A stretch of DNA of 64,000 nt from Lama glama (taxonomy: Eukaryota): NCBI GenBank assembly GCA_028534125.1, contig CM052817.1, positions 81,160,001-81,224,000 on the forward strand. The letters run 5' to 3'. Shown here piece after piece: positions 25,656 to 39,144 of this stretch. Position numbers and translations under genes: made by a program. The notes below the pieces were generated by a model. The model worked only from the letters and a program-made list of their open reading frames with translations. It did no database searches and was not told where the DNA came from. The first letter of the stretch is position 1; every line of letters starts with the position of its first letter.

Positions 25656-27116
25656 TCTTGCTCAAAAATCTCATTTTCTCTTCTGAGTTCCAAGCCACAG
25701 GAGAAGAAATTGTGACAAAGCATTTCACATGAAATATATACAGCAGCATTTAGTAATTAATATTTCCTCAAAGAGGAACTATTATAATATATTATTGTAA
25801 TTGTAACATTTCTGTAAATCCTTAAACAGCAATGTTTTTTGCACCAGGGTAACTTCAAAGATGGAGGTTTTGTATACATTCTGGTTGTTGCCATCAAGTG
25901 TCATACAGCGGAAAGGCAAGTAGGGCCATGCATGTGCACAGGCGACACCTGATTGGCACTGCAGTCAAACTTCAGGGAGATGCACTTTACAGACAAGCAA
26001 AGCAACTGCAGAAACAATAACTCTGAACGCTCTTTTACATTCATATCACTCTCAGCATGTCTGCAAATCATAAGCAGTCTTCAAAGAAGGAAACGTCGGA
26101 AATTGGAGCACATAGCATGTGGGTTTTAAGACAAGTCTAGGTTATGAATTGGAAATGACTGAATTTGAATTCCTTGTCAGATTTGTGTCAGCACAGCTGA
26201 CCTTTATCCCCTTACCAGTCCTTCCCTGCACCCAGTATCCCTCACTCATGTTTAAGGAAAATTCAAGCTAAGAGGAAAACTCAGACACCATGGAGTAAAC
26301 ACAACATCCTCCACCTAAAGGGTCACCCTTCAGAGAGAACAAGTGATATTTTCCCCCAAGAGAATTGCTGTTAGCAAATATATGACAGTTCACAGACTTT
26401 CATTCCAGGGAAGCTAACTGGAAATGGAAATCACTGAATCAGACTGGAAATGGAAATTACCTGCAGGAGTCTCAGTTATTTAAAGTTTCAGTGATTTCCC
26501 TACATGCATTTTTGCTGAATTCATGTTTAAGAAATAGGAAAGTCAAACCATGGTTTCTCTTTTAAAAAGACAAAAAAGTAAAACTACATTCTAAGGTTCT
26601 GAAATCATTCATTGCTTTGCCTGGTTAATTTCCAAGATCTAAACAGCAAATTAGCAAATAGCAAAGGTTGTGTATAGATTTTTGGAATGGATTAAGAACA
26701 TTTTATTTGATTTTAAAATGAGAGGAAACATGAGGCATAAGAAACGCAGTGTTGTACCAAGTATGTTGGAGAAGTTCAACTGGGTGGTGGTTGCTTCACC
26801 TTCTGAGATGAACATTTTTCTTTAAGAAAGAACCATGTTTCATTTATCTAAATTATATTTCATTTTATGTATTGGTACTTGGTATATGGCAAACTGTCAT
26901 CATTGGTCCAGGTATAAGATTTTTAAGTTATTTTTTTATTTATTCACATTTTTAGTTACTCATTTAATAATAAAATGAATCCCTGTGAAACTAGCTCCCA
27001 AACCAAACACTAAAGCCTCACAAACAAGTTACTTCCAAGGGCTTCTCCCCTATACTGTTTCTCTGTCTTCCCTACTCCCACAGGTAAACATTATTCTGAT
27101 TTTTGAATTTATTACT

Positions 27117-27300
27117 TGTAGTGGATGCTGAGGTTAGCTGCTGGGATCATCTGTTTATGATTGAGGAACTTACTCAGCTAAGTACTGGGAAAGTTGATGA
27201 TTGGCACGTCTCCCTGTATCTCTCTCTTGGAATTACCCAAGAGTCTTCACATCCAAGATCTGAGGTCACTTCCTTCCTCAGGGACGGCATGCATTCAATT
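27117..27300 (+). mobile_element. LTR16-like ERVL LTR 5' fragment
   Basis: tgtagtggatgctg start; aggtcacttccttcctcaggg...cattcaat resembles LTR16. Confidence 0.5.
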
Positions 27301-27301
27301 G

Positions 27302-27383
27302 GTGTGTGTGTGTGTGTGTGTTGTGTATGTGTACGTGTGTGTGTATGTGTGCATATGTGTGTGTTATGTGTGTGTGTATGTGT
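27302..27383. repeat. Degenerate (TG)n microsatellite
   Basis: Direct reading. Confidence 0.95.
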
Positions 27384-28158
27384 GGTACAGCCACTTTAGA
27401 AAACAGTTTGATACTTTCATATAATACTAAATACGCACAATTATATAGCAGAGCTATGGAAAACTCAGGCATTTATTCCAGAGAAATGGAAACTTATGTT
27501 CATTAAAACAAACAAAAAAATCTGTACATGAAGAATAACAGCTTTATTCATAAGAGCTACAAACTGAAATCAACCCAGATGTCCTTCATAGGCAAATGGT
27601 TAAACCAACTGTGGTACATCCATACCATGAAAAACTACTCGACAATAAAATGGGAAAATGGCTAATACAGGCAACAACATAGATGAATCAACAGGGACTA
27701 ATAATGACAGAAAAAACTCAGTCCCCCCTAATTACATACTACATGATTCCATTCATATAAGATTCTTGAAATAACAAAAATATAGAAATGTAGAACAGAT
27801 CAGTGGTTATCAGAAGTTAGGGATAAGGCCTGGGAGGTGTGGTTATAAAAAAGAAACAGGAGGGATCCTTGAGATGGGTTCTTCTATATCTTGACTGTAA
27901 TGCTTGACCCGGAAACCTATACATGTAATAAAATTCCATAGAACTAAATACACCTACAAAAAGGAGTACAAGTTAAATTTGGGGAATCTGAATAAGGCTG
28001 GTGGTTTGTATCTGTGTTCTCCTTGTTGTGATATTGTGGTATAGTTTTGTAAGATGTTACTAATGGGAGACACTGCATAAAGAGTCCAGGATGTCTCTGG
28101 TATTTCTTACAATAATATGTGAATCTGCAATTATCTCAAAATAAGAAGTTTAATTGAA
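27384..28158 (+). mobile_element. L1MD/L1MC-like 3' end
   Basis: gtacagccactttagaaaacagtttg...tttcttacaataatatgtgaatctgcaattatctcaaaataa terminus. Confidence 0.85.
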
Positions 28159-28599
28159 AAATATAATGCTTGTTTTTAAAGTTGATAGTAGTTCATACTA
28201 TCTTTGGGGATATTTTCCTTCTTTCAGATACTCTCCACTGTATTTGTATGACAGGTTAATACCAAGATATATTCAGTCTCTTGTGGATTTCTTTCATTCA
28301 GTTTTACTGCTGTTTAATATTCCAATGTGGCTATAATTCATGTGTATCTTCTACTATTGATTAGCATTTGTGCTCTTTTCAGTTTTTGTTATTATGGACA
28401 GTCTTGCCTTGGTACACATGGTATTCTTGGGCAAGTGTTTCTAGTTCATTGATTTGCTCCCATTAGTCCTTTAAATTTGGAATTTATTCTGTGTTCCTTT
28501 TATAACTAATTCCAACCCTATTTCTTCCCTAGTATAAAGATTTAAGGCTATGCATTTCCTTCAAAATATAGTGTCTGAATTTTTCCACAGGGCCTGATG

Positions 28600-29240
28600 T
28601 ACAGTGTAGCTATCCTTAGTTAATTATTTTTAAAAATTTACATGGCCAAATTTTTTCACTAATTGTTTAGATAATTTTTTTTAAATTTCCAAATAAAGGG
28701 GATGGGGTTTGTTTATTCATCTTTTGTTGTTGCTCTTTTGCATGTTTAACTGAATTGCATGATCCTGAGAAAATGTGATCTGCATGATCTCAATGCTTTG
28801 AAAGTTATTGGTACCTGATTCATGACCTAAATAATCAATTTTGTAAATGTGCCATATACCCTCAAGAAAAATGTTTTTACTCTCAGAGTACAAAAATCTG
28901 TGCAACTGCATTAGAATAAACTTGTTATTTTTACTGTTCAAAGTGTATCTTAAATTATTTTTTGGCTATTTGCCTTTTCAGTGATTAATAGAAGAATGTT
29001 AAATTCTCCCTCTACATTAGTAGATTTACCTTAACCTCCTCAGTAATTCTATAATTTTTTTTTAAAAAAAGTATACAATATGAGGTTATCTTATTAGAGG
29101 CAAATGCAATTAAAATTGTTATGTCTTTGGGTGAATTTAAACTTTGATCATTTTTATAGAAACCCTAAAAATGTATTTTGCTTTAATGTCTTTTTTTTTC
29201 TGAAATCATAGCTAAATCAGCTTCATTTTGTTTCCTGACC
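28600..29240 (-). mobile_element. Old L1 ORF2 endonuclease-region fragment
   Basis: Minus ORF ...KIDYLGHE...IEIMQITFSQDHAIQL resembles L1 EN C-terminal KIDHILGH...SDH motif. Confidence 0.7.
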
Positions 29241-31399
29241 TGAAATGTGAGCTAATTACTATGAAAGTAGAAAATTTTCTTTCATTTCTTCTGAGAATAG
29301 AAAACAATCAATGAACAACCTGTACCTTGGATTATTCTGGGGTTATCACTTGTGATTCAAGATGCAACATGACTTACTAAAGATTTTACAGTACAATTAC
29401 TTTACAGTAAACTTTATTATTTCTATATATTTGTTTGGAAGGACAGTGCATTTAAAATGTAGATTTTTTATGCATATCTTCAATTATTTATAAATTATCC
29501 ATGAAAGCGTGTCGCCTTTTTTATTTCCCTCTAAGCAATTTTTTATTATGTATGTGAAAGCAAGCAAGCCCCTCTCCTAAAAAAGTAAGATACAAATAAT
29601 ATATTTATTTTAAAATCCTCAGAGATTTCGACTCTCACTCTTAGAATGAAGGGTCTCCTGAGCAGGGAAAGTTAGGTAGTTTTATGCACCATATCACATT
29701 CTGCATGCCAGTAAGTTCAATGCCATCTTTATCATGTCCCTTAAGCAGGCCTTACCCTGTCCTATATTTCCATGTACATTTTAGGCAGATAAATAGAGAA
29801 ATAAAGATATAATTAAGATCATTTAGAAGAAAAGAAAAACAACAGAATAAACACTTAAGTGGATATGTAACTCATGCATTGAAAAATAAGGATGGTCATC
29901 TTTTCCATCAGAATAAATCAGAAAGCTTTCAAAAACAATGTATGGGGCACTGTAAAATATTTAGCTGATGTTACTAGGACCTATCCCAGCTCTAAAATAC
30001 TGATCCTTTTACGAGTAACAAATCTGGGGTTCTTGACAAATGATCAGCATTTTCTTAAGCGTTCCACTTTGGCAAGCTTTCAGGAAAAATCTCAGCAGAA
30101 AGTAAGGTTCTTGCCTTCCTCATTTAAAGATTGTTTAAGGAGTCAATAAAATTTCTGACCTTATTTTATCTGGGACATTTTTTCCATTTGTTTAAACTAT
30201 TGAATTTTAAAAGAAACCTAGTGGAAAAAGAACAGACATTGACCATGGTATGTGCCTAGTTTAACCTCCTTTTCCAAAGGAAGATCTTTCACAAGGTTGA
30301 CAACAATTGCTGGTCACAGCCTTCCAACTTTTCTTCCAGGCACATAGCTGCCTCATCTATCTTTCAAAAGCATAGCTCCCAGCATGTAACTCCTCCCACT
30401 TCCCGTCTTAATAAACATCAGTGGCTAGCCATTAACTTCACATCTGTGCTGGCAGTGCTTGACCTGTATCTCCAAGCTAGATCGTTTTCTACCCAGATCT
30501 GAATGTACATTTACAATTCCATTTCACAATTTCCTTTCATGTACCTATGCTCCAGCCAAACTCAGGGTTGGTATATATTCTGTCCTTTAATCATGCTGGT
30601 TTCTTTCCTTGGCTAGTCCTTTTCCTCATCCTGTACCAAAGACTGTTAACATTCTTCACTGTTCTGCTCAGATAGGACTTCACCTCTTTAGTGAACCCTG
30701 CCTTAGACCCCCTCTAAGCTAAAAGTATGCTTCCCTCCTTCTGAATTACACATTAGCACAATATATGTGGAAAATATGACTTCTGTTATATTATGTATTT
30801 GCATGTCTTCAATTTCCCAGCAACCTTTCAACAACAATTGATCAAGTGAGTGCTATGCTAGGAAATGGAATAGAATGGTGAGCCTAACAGCATTCCATGT
30901 GGACAAAGTTCATGCCAGAAGTGTGGGAAGACTGTATCTTCTCTAGGACAATAAAGAATAGTTCAAAATAATGAATGGTAAAACAATAGGCTGAATCACT
31001 GCAAACGGTCTAGGGTTTATATAAATGGAAAATAAAATCTCTAGTACAAAACTGTTAACCCTCAAGGTCAAAAAGGACAAAGGTGGCTAAGGAGGTGTAT
31101 TCCCCAAGTATCCTCTGTTCCAGTTTAAACTTTGGCCGAGGAATATTACAATGTTGACAAAAGCTTTTTAATGAGATAGACTTTCCTTCTAAAGAAAAAA
31201 GAATGATGAAGAGTTATATACATATTTAAGAAACTGGCCTCATGCGTTCATGGAATTAAGATTACAAATTTGGACTTCATTTTGTAGGCTTTTATTTATC
31301 AAACTGAGTGGGCTGATAACATTCTCAGGTGTTTGTGATTCTAAAATTTTGATCATTATCTAAACTTAATGAGTATTCTGGAACATTAGATGGCCACTT

Positions 31400-33285
31400 T
31401 AAATGCTAATATAGTTGCTAGCAACCTACCTGCTTCCAACCTAAAATTGTTTTTCTTCCCTCTTGATACCGTAAAGGAAGATTTCCTGCTTCTATCAAGA
31501 AGCTATCCCGTGTGTGCCTGGAGTGTCATCCTCTTGCTCCCCAAGGGCTTCTCTGATGCCAGTATCTCTTTCCTTTCCTAATTCATCAGCTTCTTCCTTA
31601 CTCATCTCCACCTGTACACAAATATGATCTTTTGTCTCCTATCTCACAAAATTCTACCCATGGTCCAACATATCCCTCTACATATTATTTTATCACTCTA
31701 CTTCCATTCTAGAAAAACAACAATAACAACTCCAGTGGTAATACCTAGTTCCTGTCCCCACTTTGTCACCTCTCATTCTGTCCTGAATCTATTCCAGTTG
31801 AAGTTCCATGTTCAAAATTCTACTACAGCTGCTCTTGTGAAAATCACCAGTTACCTCCACATTACCAGATCAGTGCTCTGTTCTTCACTTTATACAAACT
31901 TTCAGCAGCATACAGTGGAGCTGAGAAATCATTCCCAATTGAAACACTTTCTCCTCTTTGTTTCTATGAGATTATACTCTCCAGGCTTTCTCTTATGGTA
32001 AGATCCCCTGATCTGCAGGAATTTAAAATGCTGGCATTCCCTAGAGCTCAGTCTTTCTTCTCTCCTCTTCTCTCTGCTCTCCTCTCCTCCCTTCCCTTTT
32101 CCTATTCTTGTCTGTTTTCTCTGATACTGATTTCATCCAGTCTATTTTCTTTAACCACCATCTACCTGCTGATAACTCCCAATTATATACTTTTAGTCCT
32201 GACCTCTTCAATGAGCTTTTACTTCATTTATGCAAATGTCAACATGTCAGTTTTACTTGAATATTTTTTAAACATCACACGTCCAAAGTAGAATTCTTAA
32301 TTTCCCCTTCTCCAAATCTGTTTGTCCCCTACCTCTTCTTTTTTTCTTTTTTTGTAAAATTTATCCCAGGTGCTTCCAGTTCTCTCCATAGCCTGTGTTC
32401 CGCTTTGTTTTATGTTTGTTTGTTTCTTTCTTTCTTTTTTGGAAGGGGCAGGTAATTAGATTTATTCATTTATTTATTTACTTTTAGAGGAGGCACTGGG
32501 GATTGAACCCAGGACCTCACACATGCTAGGCATGTACTGTACCACTTGAGCCCCCCTACCTCTTTTCTAACTTCAAAAAGATAACTTCATTCATCCAGAA
32601 TTCCTCTTGTCCCCACTTTCTGCATCTATTCCAACAAAAGGATCTGTTAGTTGTACCTCCAAAATATGACATTCATCTTTCCAGGTCTTCCCACTTGTAT
32701 GTCTTTCCTCTGTGTCTGAGATTCCAGCTCATTTCCCCACTTCTTCTTGATGCTCTCAGGGAGGAATTTACATCAATTTCCAACAAAGCAGACAGAGTGA
32801 TTTTATTCTCACAAAAGAAAAATCACATCACAGCACTTTCCTGCTTAAAACCTACTAATGATTGTGCCTTGTACCTAGATTAGCATCTGCACTCTCCATC
32901 AGTGCCTACGAGGCTGTCCAGAATCAAGCTCCAAGTACCTTTCTCTTATAATCTCCTACACTCTCCATCTAAAATGCAATTATCTCACTTTGCTTGAGTG
33001 GCTGCTTCATTTTATCCATTTCCTGCTTAAGAGTCATCCCCTCAATGAGGAGCTTCCTGACCATTCATTTGAAAGTAGAAGTGTTTGGCACTGTGTTCAT
33101 TCTCTATCCCATGAGCCTGTGCTTTATTTATAGTTGTTGCAACTATCCAAATTATCTTACTCATTCTTCCCATGGATATATAAATTTCAAAAGAGTAGAG
33201 ATTGTGCCAATCTCATTTCTGATGTACTTCCCATGACATCAACAATGTGTAGTACATAGGAAATACTCACTGAATGCAGAAACAA
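31400..33285 (+). mobile_element. L2 LINE, long degraded copy hosting the SINE
   Basis: gctcttgtgaaaatcaccagttacctcc, ccatctacctgctgataactcccaa, terminal acataggaaatactcactgaatg. Confidence 0.8.
32404..32552 (-). mobile_element. Vic-1-type camelid tRNA-derived SINE (slightly 5'-truncated) with A-rich tail
   Basis: Minus strand: GCTCAAGTGGT (A-box), GGTTCAATCCC (B-box), AATAAA repeats, CTAATTACC motif, A-rich tail; TSD encloses extra sequence (see findings). Confidence 0.9.
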
Positions 33286-33434
33286 GTGGTGACAAGAGTT
33301 TGTAATATTTCTCAAAATGGGGTCCATGGACCCCAGGGGCCTATAGAAATATTCTTAAGGGTTTATGAGTTCTTAAATTTGAAAAACACAGTTTTACTTT
33401 ATAGAGATCTAACAAGAATATAGAGATGGAGAAG

Positions 33435-33906
33435 TATATTTATTCCCTAGTGGTACTGTAACAAATTATCATAAACTTGGTGGTTCAAAACAACAAAAAT
33501 TTATTTTCTGACAATTCTAGAGTCCAGAAGTCTGAAATCAAGGTGTTGGCAGGGCCACACTCCCTCTAAAGACTCTAGAAGAGACTCCTTCCTTGCTTCC
33601 TCCAGCTTCTGGTGGCTCTGAGCTCTTCTTTACTCATGGTTGCATAATTCCAATCTCTGCCTCCATCTTTACATGGACTTTTCCTCTTCTCTGTAGGTCA
33701 CTGCTTTGTGTGTCTCTTATAAAGATACTTGTCCTTATAAGGACAAGTGGATTTAAGACCCATCTGCTTAATCCAAAATGATTTCATCTTAATGTTCTTA
33801 ATTATATTTGCAAAAGAGCTTGTTTTTTTTCCCCAAATAAGGTTACATTCACAGGTCCTGGGACATGATTATATCTTTTGGGAGGCCCACTGTTCAGCCA
33901 GCTACA
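33435..33906 (-). mobile_element. MLT1 (MLT1B/C-like) solo LTR
   Basis: ctgtaacaaattatcataaacttggtgg...aagtctgaaatcaaggtgttggcagggcc...gttcagccagctaca. Confidence 0.9.
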
Positions 33907-34924
33907 GAAAGTGACGTTATATTTTAGAATTTAGGCAGTCCAATCTGACCATGATGTGCAGTTGTCCTAAATGGGCAATAAGTAGTGATGGAGGCTACCA
34001 GGCTATTTCAAAGTGTAAGGCAATGGTGACCTGAAATAATTCTGTGGCATAAAGCACAATAAGGAGGAGGGCTGAGTTTAAAACGCATTTATTAGGTGAA
34101 AAGCAACATGATCTTTAGAACACTCTTCCTACAGAAATTCTTATACCTTTTGGAAATTTTTATTATTTCATTTATTCTGTAATTAGTACCTGCTATCCCT
34201 CATCCTGCTATAATGACAGCAGTGAGAACAAACCTGGACAACTGGAAAGAATGTAAAAAGTTCAGCAAAGAGCATCATGGAAGCAGCACCACCAAAACCA
34301 GACCATGTTTTTAGTAACAGAAATTGCCTTTAAAGATTGAAGTTATTTCTCTATTATATTCAGGCCACACTTCCATTAGTAGATGTATTTTGGATAAACC
34401 CATTGCTTTGTTTTTTTCTACATATCATCCTTCTTTGTGTTATGAAAGTTGCCCATGCAGATTGAAGAAAATTTGGTGACTGCTAAAATATTTTTTAAAA
34501 AATTGATTATTACAACAATATTACAACTACCCAGAGTGAACCAATATTTTTATCTATAAAAATAAAAATAAAGTCACTCTCCATCTGTTTTCCTATTTAT
34601 TTTCACACCATGCAAAATGGATGTTAAAATGGCACCGAACTTTAACTAACAGGATGTACGTGAAATATACTGTGGAGCAGCTCGAGTGGAACATCTCAAA
34701 GAAGGACATCATCCATATCAGCTAAAACTTAGTTCAGATTTTAACCTGATTGGAGGATATATTTGGATTTGTCTGCATTAATACAATAGTCAAGTGGAAT
34801 GTATAACCTTGCCTTGAAATTTCTGTGGCAGGTTAAAAGCTAGACCATCACCCCTCAGAAGCAAAAACTGATATAAAATGAGCAGGGTACCTATTGTCAA
34901 TTAGGAGACACCATCACTTACGAT

Positions 34925-36570
34925 AGCATCAACAAATACTTAGGAAGAAATTTAACAAAATAAATATAAAACTTATACTCTGGAAACTAAAAAAAAATAC
35001 TGTTGAAAGATATTCAAATAACCAAAATAAATTGAAAGACATCCCATGTTCATGAATGGGAACAATTAATATTGTTAAGGCAGCAATTCTTCTTAAATTG
35101 ACCTACAGATTCAACACAATCTCTATAAAAATTCCAGCAGGCTTCTTTATAGAAATAGACAAACTGACTCTAACATTCATATGGAAATTCAAGGGACTGA
35201 GAGTAGGGAAAAAAACTTTTAAAACAAAAACAAAATTAGAGAACACAGAGTTCCCAATTTCAAAACTTACTAATGAATATTTTATAGCAATCCAGACAGT
35301 GTGGTAATGGAATAAAGATAGACATATAGATCAATGGAAAAGAATTGATAGTCCAGAAGGAAACCCTCGTATATACAGTCAATTCTTTTTTTCTTTTTTG
35401 GCTGAGGTGTCCAGGCAAATAAGTGGGAAAAGAATGTCTTTTCAAAAAATGGTATTGGAAAATGGATACCCACATGAAAAGGACTTAAGTTTGGACCACT
35501 AGCTTATATATATATATAATTTCAAAATTAATCAAAAGTCTAAATGTGAGAGCTAAAACTATAAAACTCTTAGGAAAAATGCAGGAGTATATCTCTGCAA
35601 CCTTGAATTACGCAGTTTCTTAGATATGACACTAAAAGCACAAGCAACACAAGAAATAGTAGATAAATAAGGTATTATAAAAATGATATCCTTTTAAAAA
35701 AGCTTTGTTCTTCAAAGGACAACATCAAGAAAGTGAAAAGACAGTGCATAGACTGGGAGAAAACATTTGCAGAATATCTGTATGATAAGGGACTTGTATC
35801 TATAATACATAAAGCATCCTCACAACTCAATAAGATAAATAACCCAGTTGAAAAAAGAGGAGTGAACCCATACAATGACCAAAAAGCACAAAAAAAGAAA
35901 TTCGACATCATTATCTATCAAATAAATGCAAATCAGAATCCCTGTGATACACTGTCACATCCACTAGGGTGGCTGTAATTAAAAAGGCAGATAACAAAAT
36001 GTGTTGGCAAGGATGTGGAAAAAGTGGACCCCTCATTCACTGGTGGTAGGAATGTAAAATGGTGCTCTGGAAAATAGTCTGGAATTGCTCAAATGATTAA
36101 ATATACAGTTACTATATGATCTAGAAATTCTACTCCTAGGTGTATACTCACGAGAACTGAAAACATATATCATGAAAATCCAAAGAACCATTATTGTAGA
36201 TGAATATTTATAGATACAAGTTCATAATAGCCAGGAGTGAAAACAATCCAAATATTCCTCAACTGAAGAATAGATTTAAAATGTGGTTCTACCTATATAA
36301 TAGTATATTATTCAGCTCTTTAAAGCCACAAAGTAGTGATACATGCTACATGGATGAACCTTAAAAACATTGTTAGTTAAAGAAGGCAGTCACAATGGAG
36401 AATGATGGTTGAAGTGTGTGGAGTTTCTTTGCGGAGTATTAATCTGTTCTAAAATCAGCTGTCGTGATGGACCCACAACTCAGTACATGAAAGCCATTGA
36501 ATCATATACTTTAAAAGGGTACATTTCATGGTATGTGAATTATATCTGAATAAAGATGTTTAAAAACAAA
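34925..36570 (+). mobile_element. L1MB-like ORF2 3' half and 3' end
   Basis: ORF 35056-35307 [33 protein letters not shown] is L1 ORF2p; ends gtgaattatatctgaataaa. Confidence 0.92.
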
Positions 36571-36634
36571 GCGACAAGATAACAGCTGCCACTGTTGCCT
36601 ACTATGTGTGATTTTAACCATAGGAGTGGAGGAG

Positions 36635-37030
36635 GGGGCTGGTTCGTTTCAGAGAACAGAAACCTCCCAGGTATTTCAAATGAAATGGATTTAATACAGG
36701 GAGTTAGATGCGTATAAAACTGTTGGAAGGACTAGGGAGGTAAATGTGAGGTCACAGATGCAGCCGTGATCCGGAGTCAGGAAGTTGCTGCCACTAGAGG
36801 TCAGGAAAATGCAAAAAATAATTGCTAGCATCTCAGCTTCTCCCACACCCCAAAAGTGAGTGATTGGCAGCCAAATGGATTCAGACTGCCATAGTAAGAA
36901 CTCACATGCTAGCGCTATGTGGTTCTTACCTCTGGCAAAGAAAAAAATGGGGTTTTTTGTTCTGCTTTGCAAATTGCATGCTAGCCCATCCTGTTGGCAG
37001 AATCTAAACCATATCCAGAAACATGGAAGC
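36635..37030 (-). mobile_element. LTR33-like ERVL LTR
   Basis: aacagaaacctcccaggtatttcaa...atttaatacaggga and ttggcagaatctaa match antisense LTR33. Confidence 0.7.
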
Positions 37031-39144
37031 ATGCTGTGGCCATTAAACAAACAAACAAATAAATAAAAACATAAAGATAAATAATAAGGGCACTTATCTA
37101 AAGACCAAAATAACAAGGATGCCAGTGGAACTGTAAATGGTAATGTAATTCCAAATTGAACTGAGGCTGTATTCATTTGAGTTATTCAGAGCCTTGTCAG
37201 AGGAGTTATAGGCTAATTCTTCCAGGGACACAAAAGCCCCAGCTTCAATCTAGGAATGCTTTATCCTTATCTTAGAAGAATAGATTTAAATGTCATTAAT
37301 TTCCCCTGATGATTCAGAGTTGATTTTTATTTAGGTCTCAGTTAATGCCAAATAAACAATCCACACTATTCTCAAATCTGTTAGTCATGATTTGCATTGC
37401 TTTAAGTGGTGTTACCACCTGCAGTAAACTATTCTTTTTAGTTCTTTGCAGTGCCTGGGGGTGTTTGTGTCCCAGCTGCCATCTGGCAGTCATTGCTAAG
37501 CCAGTGGTCTCTTTTTTCCTTCAAATTGTCATCATGGGAAAGTGCAGTGTTCATATGAATGCCTGTTCTATAAATGAATGGAAAGAAGCAACTATGCTCA
37601 AAGTTTAAAATATGAACATAAATGAGATTACTTTTAGAAGAATTTAATAGAATTTGAGTAAGAGCTCTACATTGACACACAACTTCCCAACTTGCATGTA
37701 ATCACCAAACATTCATGCATCCTGTTTTATTTTCATTGCCTTTAGGTAATTCATTGGCTCTCAGTCACTTGATTTCTATTTATTTCTTTCCTTCAGTCAT
37801 TCACCTCTACACCCTCTGACCTTCCGTTTTCATATCTCCTTCCTACTTGGGCGTGTTTGGCTTGCCTGTGTGGTTCTAATCTTTAGTAAGCAGATGATTT
37901 TCTCAGTAGGATGCTTTTTAGTATTTCCCTGACATTGTTTAGCATCCTATCCAGAGTGTCAGCTTGCATCCTTGTAGCTCTGATACACAATAGACTATAC
38001 TCTTGGGTAAGGTGGGAAGGAAACCCTTGTCTGGTAAGCAGAGACATAAATACCAGAGCGGACTTAAGGGTGGTAGTGATGTTAACTATCTGGTGCAGCT
38101 TTTGATCCTACCTGTTTGTGCCAGGGGGATAATAAGACAAAAGAATGAATGAAGCAGAAGGAAAATCAGTGTTAGCTCTGTTTGTGAAGAGGTGTTAATT
38201 AATGGTTTCCTACATAGAGAACTGGCAGGCAGAACTTTTGATCTTGGCAGATCCTAAGAAAAGGACTGTGAATTAAAGTTGCAGATTGTAAGCACCTAAA
38301 CAAGGGCTACATCTGTGTGACTGGCTTTGTGCAGCCTAGGGCCATGCTTGGGTGGTCACTCAGTAATAACTAGTGACTGATGCAGTAGAAGGCTTCCCGC
38401 TGACTCTGAGGCTGCATCCGATGAGACCAGAATCTGTGCTGCTTAGACAGTGCCCTAGGTTTCTCTCTCAACCTGGAAGCAAATGATGCTGCCTATAGTT
38501 ATATAAAATTTTATTTATGAGATTAAAATTGATCAATATGATTCAATCTGCTGCCAGCACCAGTGAATAAAGATATTGAAGATAATAAAGAAAATTAAGA
38601 AATCTTGAGGGGAAGAAAGTTAAACAAAATATTATGAGAGAAAAATTTCCAGTTGCCTGTCATATTCTTCCAATGCTAACTTATTCATCCATTGCCACGT
38701 GCTTTATTTTGTTATATACTTGCCAGTCAAACTTGCAAAATTGTGACCATCTTGATGCTGGAGGAAATTAGATTCATATGCTATGATACAGACTAGAGAA
38801 TTTGGACTAGTCTAGAGTATTTTAAACACAACCTATGCTAAATGCCAGTCATGGGTCCACAATAAAGAGCAGAACAGCGAGGGGAATTTTGAATAGTAGA
38901 ACACGTAGTTCAGGCAGAGATTTAGTGAAAGATAAATCCACAGACAAAAGGTCCCCAGTTTCTTTATTTTCTTCTATCTTATCACTCTTACGTATTTCAC
39001 CTTTGCTTCCAACATGCTGACTTCTTGGAAACAGGTCTCGAAGAATAGATACGATTTGAATAGGCAGAAACAAGATGGGAAATGCTTCTGGAGAGAGCAA
39101 CCTGTACAAGATGAGGATGATAATTAGCCAAGCAAACCAGAATG

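Noticed and set aside
27103..27506. Cys/Val- and His/Thr-rich ORFs
   Set aside because: Translations of the (TG)n microsatellite
32490..32552. tRNA-like A and B boxes
   Set aside because: Head of the SINE; no cloverleaf or acceptor stem, so not a tRNA gene
33319..33334. Perfect 16-bp palindrome GGGGTCCATGGACCCC
   Set aside because: Sits within a short hAT-Charlie-like relic (~33303-33392), where such symmetry is expected
35056..35978. ORFs with reverse-transcriptase-protein-like sequence
   Set aside because: Frameshifted L1 ORF2p remnants; element is truncated and inactive
36691..37176. Longest ORF in the track (161 aa)
   Set aside because: Lies largely within an LTR33-like element; no homology recognised
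38992..39101. Minus-strand exon candidate (cttgtacAG ... TAC|GTAAGA)
   Set aside because: Moderate splice signals only and peptides unrecognised; indistinguishable from a pseudo-exon
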